Positions 11,968 to 21,666 of a DNA stretch of 64,000 nucleotides are shown here, one piece after another. A program made the translations under genes and the position numbers. The stretch's first letter is position 1. The number at the start of each line of letters is the position of its first letter. Under the pieces are notes generated by a model that ran no database searches, was not told the origin of the DNA, and saw nothing but the letters and a program-made list of their open reading frames with translations. This stretch comes from Saccostrea echinata (Eukaryota), in assembly GCF_033153115.1 (NCBI RefSeq), contig NW_026889752.1, forward strand, positions 2,604,001 to 2,668,000, given 5' to 3'.

Positions 11968-12226
11968 TAAAAGTTAGTAAAGCCTCACTTGCTGGTCAAT
12001 TACAATGTAATCAACCATATCATTTACTGACATATCTCAGTCAGAGACAGTTAACAAATTATCGCTTTCTTGCATATTTATTTACACAAACAACTTTCAT
12101 CTGTGTTTATTATTTAAACATTACGTGACCTTGGGAAATTCCCTTACCGGTTCTACTATTTAAAAAGAACACACCGGTATATAATAAAACAAATAAAATG
12201 AATATACAATATTGATATATATAAGT

Positions 12227-12336
12227 GGATTCCTGATGATGGCGGACTTATATAACTAATTATAATTAGTATAGAATATCTATTTATTGCTTGGCCTGTT
12301 ATCACACCGCCGAAACACTAAATTAGTGTCGGATCT
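12227..12336 (+). ncRNA. Type I hammerhead ribozyme (copy B, 3' pLTR), predicted cleavage after 12330
   Basis: Identical to 9857-9966 at an offset of 2370. Confidence 0.88.
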
Positions 12337-12383
12337 AAGTGAAAACGGGGTTCGTGGCTTGATGGGAGTCACTTTTTTACTAC

Positions 12384-12500
12384 GTGGCAAGCATGAGAGG
12401 CCTAATGAATGAAATGAGTCTATTGGACTTATCTGTTTGTTAAAGATATGTACCAGAGACAGGTTATCAATGAAAAGTATGATTTTATTTTATTTTATTT

Positions 12501-12535
<35 letters not shown>

Positions 12536-14160
12536 AATGTATTTCCCCAAATCAAAAAAAAAAAATACTATTGGCACCAATTCAAAAAAGTGATTTTTTT
12601 TTAATTGGGGTATTAATCCAAGTAGTAGGCCATGGCAAAACATGACACTGAAAGTAGCACTCACAACCCTGTTTTGTTGACCCTGCACTGTCTGTAAAAA
12701 GCTGCAAAGTATTTGGAGTACTCCATTCACAATCAGGAAAATAAACCATACCATTGAATTTATGTAGAAAATCTAGCCATAAAAGCATATCCTTGCGCAA
12801 TTGACTAGCTATCTAGATGTGGTGTGGTTTTTGCAAAGAAAAATAATAAATAAATAAATAAACAAATAAAATAATTTTCCTATGAGAATTTGCAAATTTT
12901 TAAGCTTTATTTTGTTTTGTGACGCCAAATATTGTTAAGTAGCTATGAGGTCACCAACCTTTGAAGTGGTATACTAACCTGCATTTTAACAGTGTCGATG
13001 CCTACACCCAAGAAGATTAACACGTAGTAGGTACCTCTGTTTTGTCTCTATTCAAGGGCACTCCAATTTAAGCATGCATCTTGAAAAGACTTCGTAAGCT
13101 GATTGTAGTTGGGAGTTTTAGCCTTCCCCGCAAATAAAAATCATCAAAATAGTGATGAACAATTACTAAAACAGATTTATAACGCGTTAGCCACTCTTAG
13201 AATGTTGAGAAGGTCTCAAATATTTGAAAAGATGTGTAATATCCAAAGGGTAAGCATTTGTCTATGTAATATCCCCCCTTAAAATATATCCCCAATAGCT
13301 CAAAATTCCCAGGACATTGGAATTAGACGGAAAGCGTTCTTTACATCAACTTTAACAAAAATAGTCCCTTTCTCAACAGGCTTATCATTTGGACTACCGA
13401 GTCAAAGGATATGTAATTCATTAATGTTAAACTGGGTAAATAATAAATGCAGAAAGCCTGTGGGTAAGATAAATGCATTATCATTCTCGAACCACCATCA
13501 GCTTTTGGAACCAAACCATTGAAGGGGATACATGTAAACTGTGCAGAGGTGGCTGTAATAATGGATTACTCATGCAATCTTCCTCTACCTCTTTGTTCGG
13601 ATTCTCTTGTACAATATCCTCATGTTCATATGCCGACACTAAGTTGTTTGAGAATACAGAGTTCCAAGACCAAAAATCCTGCAACTTGAAAAACTTTTTT
13701 TAAGACTAATTGTTAGAAAATTAAACAAGCTGCTACTCTACCTGGATAAATTTATAAGTATTCTGAAATAAACTTAATATTTATTAATAAATTTCACATG
13801 GCCCACAACTCTTGGCTGAGTGCGATTTTGCTTTGGGATGTAGGTTTGTTGTTTGTAAATTGGGGGTCAGGTTTTTGATTCACATATAAGAGAAATACCT
13901 CACTGTCAACCACACCCCAGTCTAGTGAGGAATATAGTGCCATTTTTTAGCCGAAATCGCTCAACATAAGCAATCCATCCTTGTGACATTTCTACCCCTA
14001 AACTTACATCATGCATATTCTTCAGCATTTGATGATTTTTTGGCAGGGTGAGCTGTTGTGTATATGCTTAAAAGTATCAAAAATGCATCTGATCACCTTT
14101 CTATAGTCGTTAATTTGTTCTACTGTTTTTGTTGGGCTACAATTAAACCTTGTGCATTCT
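12384..14160 (-). mobile_element. Decayed DIRS/Ngaro-type retrotransposon, 5' half (gag-like, RT, RNase H N-terminus)
   Basis: Minus strand: SDAFLI..SIYTTAHP (gag-like), HLSYP, KVDVKNAFRLIP, DKCLPFG, HYFDDF (RT), DMLLWLDFLHKFNG..LQLFTDSAGS, FELVPIV, IDNLSLVHI and IRPLMLAT (RNase H). Heavily frameshifted. Confidence 0.85.
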
Positions 14161-14288
14161 AAGAAAATTCATCTGAAGCATAATTTGACACGGTATTTAT
14201 TTTTTTTTAATTAATGAATTTTCAAATAAAATATAACCAATGGATCACAGAATTAGGTCTTTTAATCGACAATTTCCCAACTCTGATC

Positions 14289-14406
14289 ATGAACCTAATT
14301 GCTCGCATAGTTAAACGGCGGTCTTCACGAACAGTGTATGTCTTTCAGGTCCTGATCTTTCAGTTTGTCTTCATTTTTGCTGGTCTACCAAAGACCTGTT
14401 CTATCG
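14289..14406 (+). CDS. Candidate signal-peptide exon of the downstream receptor gene
   Basis: MNLIARIVKRRSSRTVYVFQVLIFQFVFIFAGLPKTCSI is hydrophobic and phase-compatible with the exon at 15305, but the donor would read GATAAC rather than GT. Confidence 0.3.
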
Positions 14407-15304
14407 GATAACCAGTCGAGGCATCCTCAAAGCTCCTATACTAGGTATAGACCTGTGTCCGTTGTTTGTTTCGTATTCTCTTTTCCTGTATGGACAGTAA
14501 TTATATCCTGCTCTACACAGTACTGTTTGATAATTTGAACCTCTGCATCATTGCCTGACGTCACCATTTTTGACAATATCTAAAAAGTGTTTTATAGCCT
14601 CATAATATATTATCGAAAGAAAGTGCCAAAAATTATTAATTATGGTAAAATAGTGTGTTTTCCTCGTTAATCGACTGTTGGAAATGTGAGCTTGATAATA
14701 GTAGAAAATGATATATAATTTCTATTTAATATGTTATATGTCTGAAAAAATAGTTTAGTTATCTCGAGTAGAAATTTGGATTACCAAGCAGATATTTTTA
14801 ATAACTCCCAACTGCAATTCAACTCATTTACCTTTACTGGTCAATATGTAAATTGCGTCGATGCATCATTTAGCATGCAAATTTATTCTGTCATCAGAAA
14901 ATATAGTTTCCTCAACATGTTAAATGACCATCAAATTTAGCAGCGGTACTTTATGCTTACTGTGCAATAGAATGAAATGCATAAAGAAAAACAAACTGTG
15001 GAAAAAATTCAAGGAGGAGTGGCATATCTATTCTTATATACCTAGGTGATAGTATATATGTAGTAAAACAAACTGAGTGAACAATGTGGTCTTTAATTTT
15101 CACAGAAAGGGTTTTGTTAATTTTTTTCAACGTGGATTAATCATGAACAAATAAAACTTACTGTACATGAAAGGAGTAATAAGTCGCTGATTCACTAATC
15201 ATTTGTTAAACAGAAACTTGATTGTAGTTGAATCAGTGTAGTACATTGGAAGAAAATCTTTAGATTTTTTTAACGGTCTGAATTTTTATCTATCCCGTCC
15301 ACAG

Positions 15305-18300
15305 AAAACCTGAGTAAAAAACCCACAACGATTGTATCCCAGAGTTCCTTGTATGAAAAGAGAAAAGCAACATACGCCAATGACGGTAACCTGAGTACAA
15401 AATTTCGTTATTGCGCCCATACTGCTGTCGACCAGGCTATTGCTTGGTTCCAAGTTGATCTAGGAATACCTCACAGAATAAAGGATATCAAAATATATTA
15501 CAGAAGAGAAGGTATGATTAAAATAAAAGATTCCAATATATATTTGTTTTATAAGAAAACAGACATAGAATTAGTCAATTATATTTGTTTTGTAACAGGA
15601 TCCTCAATATTCAATGAGTACTGTTCATGTATTTTTTCAAAAAGGCGTATCTATAAAATGATGTACATGTAATATGAAAACACATGGAAATGAGAGCATA
15701 AAATATATAAAATTACAACCATGATGACATCTATTTGGTAGCATTTAAGCGTTTTACCTCATAAAAGATCTTTAATTCCAATAATATAGAATCGGCATAT
15801 GCTTACATGAGTGTTAATCTTCAGATTAAAAGGAAAAAAGGATCTCTGCAAGTAATAAAGTATGTCACCCTAAACTGATCTTTTCGTTTCCTTGGCAATT
15901 GCAGTGATTTTGAGTCTTGCTTACATATAATTGTTACTGGTGAAGTTTCATTAAGATTGTCTGAGCGATCTATGAAAAATATCAAGGACAAATTATGTGG
16001 AACAATAACACTATGCTTTCCAACCGACTTCTTTCGGGGTTACATTGTTATCGAAATTATATTGCAAATAATGAGCAGATCGACATTTGGTTATCAATGA
16101 TTGATTGTATGTATAATTATGTTTACACTATGAAGAGATTGAATAATTTCATATTTAAGGTCATGAGCCTGAAGATTGGAAACAATATAGATTTAGACAG
16201 TTTTATTTGGATGTTTCTGACTCAACAGCTACTGAAACTAACACGACACAAAGGACTCGCTGCTATACAGACAATACCACAGGACTGGACTTACCTCCTA
16301 ATATCATTGACATTTCCTGTGAACAATGGGCAAGATACATCATTGTGGAGTCCACTTACACAGCTCCAGAAGATCACCGTTCGACAGGACCAATACTGGA
16401 AATTTGTGAGATAGAAGTCTATGGTAAAGAATAACTTACCGGTAGTGGTGCTTTAAGGGGTTTAAAGGGGATTTAGGGGCTTTTTCTGCTTCAATAATGT
16501 AAGCTTAGTATAATTGAAAAACTTTAAGTTAAATTTGTTACATGTAACCATCTGCTTTGAGGTTGTACGATTTTTTTTTACTAGAATATAAATACATCAA
16601 ATCATATTCTTCAAAAAGATGAATTACATAGATTGCTTCAAATATTTCAAATCCCGGGGCCCGTTTCATCAAAAGTCGTAAATTTAAGCCTTAACTTAGG
16701 TGTATTTCCGGGGCTTACGCCAAAATTTAGTCGGGCGTAATTTGCTTTTCACGAATTGGCATAAGTCTAGTCCTATACGAAACGCTTAGTCTCAGGACTA
16801 AGTCCTTGACAACGCTGCATTGCACATGCGCAAAAAACATAAACATACGTATTGTGTACAATGTATGTAGAACAACACACATACATAAATTTAAATGAAA
16901 CATTACATGAATTTTAAGGACCTTGTAGAAAACATGCACTTTAATCTAATTATTATAGAATATTAACTTCTTACAACATACCTTCCGATTAAACTCCAAA
17001 ATTTAAGGTCTGAGAAAAGAAATAAATGTTCTTGTAAATGAATGGAGAGAAAATATTTATTATACCCCCGCTCCGAAGGTGAGGGGGTATATTGTTTTAC
17101 CCTTGTGTGTCTGTCTGTCAGTGTGTCTAGCTGTCTGTCTGTCATTGACAAATTTTTCCTCACAGTTTTCCCAGCAACTACTCATTGCAGATGCCTAAAA
17201 TTTTAGCACACACTTTCCATATAATGGGATTCATTTTTGTACGAATCCGATGTTAACTTCCTGTTCATCTGTGCATCTGTCCGTACATACATAACAAATT
17301 TTCGTCGCAGTTTTCTCATCAACTACTGATTGCATATGCTTGCAATTTTCGCACACTCTTTGTTTAGGCATTCCATATGGTGGGAATCATATTTGTACGA
17401 ATCTAATGTCAACTTTTTATTCATCTCGGTGTCTGTCCATAACTGAACTTGTGTACATTCACATCAGAATGTGTATTCACATCAAAGCGGGGGTATTACT
17501 AGTGAGCATTGGCTCACATACTTCTTGTATTGGATGTTTACAGTACCCCCCCCCCCCCACCCCTTTTATTTTTGATACAGGAAGAGAAAAAGAGACAGAG
17601 AGAGAGAGTGAAAGGTGGAGGGAGAATCCGTTACAATTTTATGTACTTGACTGTATATTTATGTAACTGGGCATATGATGGACTACTAATTAAATTATTA
17701 AGAATCGATAAAATAAAACAAAATATGCATCATCATCAGGGTCATCAGTACACAAAAATTCAATCTGAGAAACTTGTTGAGAAGCTAAAAATCGTAATGG
17801 AGCACGATATATTTTTTTTTTTTTAAAAGCCTACTTGGTTTTACGAGTTTAAAATTAGTTTTTTTTTTAATATAGACATTAACCAAAACTAAAGAAGATA
17901 ACTATGCTTTTGTGAAAAAATACTCCCCCCCCCAAAAAAAAAAATATGTTGGGAAAAATAGCTTTTATGTTAAAATTATGGCACAAAATGTATATCGTAA
18001 AGTCGATTTACAATACCTTATCCTCGAAATACAACAATCAATTGTGTTTAACTGCAGGATTGTCAAAACTTAGAGATTTTGTTAAAATGAATCCCGAATA
18101 CGGCAATTTTTTTATTAAGAATTTTTTAAAAGTAAGTTATGTAGCTAAATATTGCATGTCAACTACCTCCCCGAGTGGGTGTAACCCCCCCCCCCCCCAC
18201 CAATCTTCATATTTTTTTGAAATTAAATAATGCATCGTTTGTATTAAAAAGACTTCCTAGAGCCGTAATTCTTCTTAAGGAATGACTAAATCGTTCTCAA

Positions 18301-20436
18301 ATCAATAATATCGCTTTATTTTATGTTTGCGCCGGAACGTACGCCTACTGTGCCCATGAGAAGACGTAAAATTTCGGCCTAACTCTGGTCCGGTGTAAAG
18401 ATACGTGTTTAATGAAACGCAAATCTTTGTGCTAGTCCCGACTTTATACCAGCGTAGCGCTACGACTGGGCGTACGACCTTTGATGAAACGGGCCCCTGG
18501 TTTCTTTAACTGATTTACATTTCTTCAAGTCCATTGAAGAGTTTTTTCAAAGCTGATTTTAAAAAAAATCTTTTTTACGTTTCAATTTTATTTAAACACT
18601 AGATTTCTTTTACCGGTAAAGTCAGGCTTAGTTTTGGATGTCCACTTATATATGAACTTAAATTATCTGCAAACAAAACTTTCATAAATAATTGTTAGTT
18701 CTAAAGTACGTTATACAAATGAAAAAATAATTTAGTCTTTAATTTACAGGATGTAATTTCAGACGTTATGGAACTAATTGCTCCAAAGAATGTAGTGTAA
18801 ACTGCTTCCAGGATATTTGTAACACAACCGATGGTTCATGTATGTTCGGTTGTAAAAGCGGGTTTATGGGCACATTTGTAATGACTCGTGTAGTTTATCA
18901 TGTCCATCTGAGTGCGACAGATACACTGGCTACTGTGTGGGGATATGTCCTGTTGACTTCTTCGGACATTTTTGTGATAAACTATGCAACGCAAATTGTG
19001 TAGGGGGATGTAGCAAGGAAACAGGCCTCTGCGAATACGGTTGTATTGACGGAAAATTTGGCCTGACATGTGAAGAAACTTGCAGTATAGGATGCAATTC
19101 TAGCTGTGAACAGTACAGTGGAAATTGTTCCTGTAAAGCAGATTGGAAAGGAGATAAATGTGATGGTAAGTAAGGACAAATGGTGTCGTCAAAACATAAG
19201 ACAATTTAAGATTTCAATTAAAATGGACCTTAAGAGCAGCATTGAATGCAAACATATTGAAGTAAACCATAGATCCTTTTAAAATCTATTCAATATTATC
19301 AGAGTAGGATCACACAAAAAAGAGAAATAGAATAATTTACCTGAAAGTCAAAGTAAATGTTAAAAACATTTTTACTATAGTGAAAACATAATGCTAGTAA
19401 GCATGACATCTTGTTGTTTTTATGTCTCGCTTCAGAAGTACATGTAAGTCAGAATAGCTTAAACAGACATCTTGAGACGTTCGTAGGTGCAGGATTGGGA
19501 GTGCCGGCATTAATACTCTTAGTAGTTGGCATAGTTACTCGTCTTTTAAAGTAAGAGATTATTTGTAAACTATTTCTTTAATATCTTTGTTATATTTTAA
19601 TTATATTTTAATTAAAAAAACAAAATTAAGAGTCTTTTCCCATAAGTATGAGTATTTGTCTATCTAGGCCCTATATTTTAAAATTTATTTTCTTATTTAT
19701 TTCTTTTTTTGCACTTGAGCAAAGTCAGAGTCAAAAGAGTAATACTTGTTCTGGATTTAGTTTAAATCCTATGGATACCTTTATCTTTTTTAAATGATTT
19801 TGTTGTCATAGGATGAGAGGACGTAAATTTCGATTCTCTAAAGAACAAAGAATCCAAACAAATGTCGATGATACGATACTTTACGGTAAGCATTTTTCTT
19901 TCCTACGAAATTATTTTTTGAATAAAATATGAAGCTCAACAATGTAATAAATCTGAATAAAAATTAGAAGAGGTATGTGATCATAAAAAAATGCCTTTTT
20001 CATCATATCTGAAGTCTCTTTCATGTATGTGTCTATACATAAAAAAGCAGCAACATCTTGATAATAGTTACTTGAATAACTAATACCTCCCAAATGTATC
20101 ATAACTTTCCATTTCATTACAGAAAATGAATCGACTGTCATTAACAGAGAGGAAGACATCCACGAATCCGTTTCACAAGTTTATATGAATCAATTGTTGC
20201 CTAATATAAGTACACAGAGTAACGAAGAAAAAACTATTCAGAAAGATCCTTATGTGGAAAATCATGGAATATATGTTAATGATACATTTCAAAGTTCAGA
20301 AAGTCAAATGAGTACTAGAATAAATGAAGAAGGGGGCAATAACAGTAGGCATTTCGTCGAGTATGAAGATGTATATATGGCAATTCAGGGTTTCAATCCG
20401 GAAGAATCCATATACGAAGAACTCCAAAAAACGTAA
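15305..20436 (+). CDS. Fucolectin/F5-8C-like domain + EGF-like repeats + TM receptor (MEGF10/SCARF-like family). Exons 15305-15511, 16160-16423, 18750-19165, 19436-19550, 19812-19885, 20123-20436. 1-bp frameshift at about 18875
   Basis: Phase-consistent GT-AG exons encode SQSS..ANDGN..CAHT..AWFQVDLG, LEICEIEVYG, Cys-rich EGF-like repeats, TM GAGLGVPALILLVVGIV and a Tyr-motif tail ending SIYEELQKT*. Confidence 0.85.
16657..18496. mobile_element. Non-autonomous PIF/Harbinger-like TIR element in intron
   Basis: TIR GGGCCCGTTTCATCAAARGTCGTA at both ends. Flanks ccg/ctg are consistent with a 3-bp CWG TSD with one mismatch. Confidence 0.75.
17057..17529 (+). mobile_element. Helentron/DINE-like (HINE) element nested in the TIR element
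   Basis: 5' tatacccccg...gggggtata hairpin, (GTCT)n tract, two roughly 145-bp core repeats, 3' gcgggggtatta plus gtgagc..gctcac palindrome. Confidence 0.75.
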
Positions 20437-21511
20437 TTGGGACCCAATTTAATTCTTGTTTTTTTCATTTGTTTCAACCGTGATTGAAATCTTTCAATTC
20501 ATGTAAGATACATGTACTCCTCCTGCAAATGAAAAAAAAAATGTATATATTAATGATTGCTAGGTTAAAACAAGTGTTTTTCCTTTTCCACACTTTACTA
20601 TTTAGTCCTTATAATATTGACATCATGAACTTTGAGGCATAAATTGATAGAAAAAATCATGAAAATAACGTTAAGGTTGAATTCCTTTAAACCAAACGTT
20701 ATGACCCAGATTGACTTTTATAATACCATTGCCTAGCTAGTTGTTATGATTTTAGATCATAAATATATACGTACTTTGTTTTGAACATATTCAAACAAGA
20801 ATTCTCGAGTTAAGGATCGGACATAAGTTTGTGACGAAACAGGAATACGGTCATGCTAAAACCCATGCTAAAACCCAGTATGTATCCTTCTGTTTATGGA
20901 TGCATAATTGTAGTGAAAGTGAACGAGGTCTAAATACAATACATACGTACATGTACATCAAATAGTTAGATAAACTTATTCAGAACTCATGCGTGATGAT
21001 TGAAGAATACATTAACCGAAAATGAATTTCAGTAACTTCCTTGCTATATACGTGTAAAGTGTTTTCAATGTGACACGCCAGAGTTTGTGCATGTCTCATA
21101 AGTTCTAAAATGTTAATTCAAATATAAGACATGAATGTAGTATTAAGTATATTTTTTAATATCTGGAGGAGAACAGAACACAAGTCTTGCAATTAAAGTA
21201 TCTATAGAAAAAAACTGTTAAGGAACTTAAAGATAAACTTGCAACTAGTTAAAAAATACTGACAGTGCTCGTTTTGTTTAAGCTTTTATGTCCTCTTACG
21301 ACAAAAGATTTTTGTATTTTTCTTACTTGGTTCATTCTGTATATGCAGGGTAAAGTTGTTTTTTTTTTAACCAAAACTCTTCCCAAACAGCATATTCTAC
21401 CAAAACTAAGAGAGAGAGAGAGATGGGGCACATGAAAATATTTTTTTGAATTTGTACTAAATGATAATCAAAGTTACATTCGTAAATAACTTTTAGGAAG
21501 GAAATGTTATG

Positions 21512-21666
21512 NNNNNNNNNNNNNNNNNNNNNNNNNNNNNNNNNNNNNNNNNNNNNNNNNNNNNNNNNNNNNNNNNNNNNNNNNNNNNNNNNNNNNNNNN
21601 NNNNNNNNNNNNNNNNNNNNNNNNNNNNNNNNNNNNNNNNNNNNNNNNNNNNNNNNNNNNNNNNNN
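21512..21666. other. Assembly gap (155 N)
   Basis: Run of N. Confidence 1.

Larger units (their letters stand above)
9662..12383 (+). mobile_element. Penelope-like element, copy B (2370-bp unit plus 352-bp upstream pLTR)
   Basis: 9662-10013 repeats at 12032-12383 (offset 2370). The arm is the reverse complement of 6509-9230 apart from a few substitutions. Confidence 0.93.

Noticed and set aside
11965-12100. Selenocysteine readthrough or frameshift into a nuclease domain
   Set aside because: The stop is TAA TAA, not TGA, and no GIY-YIG or Cys motif is visible downstream.
6509-12383. Large inverted repeat as an assembly or read foldback artefact
   Set aside because: Arms have unequal truncation points, arm-specific substitutions and an extra 67-bp fragment, and the flanks continue colinearly in one DIRS element. 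Read-level confirmation is still needed.
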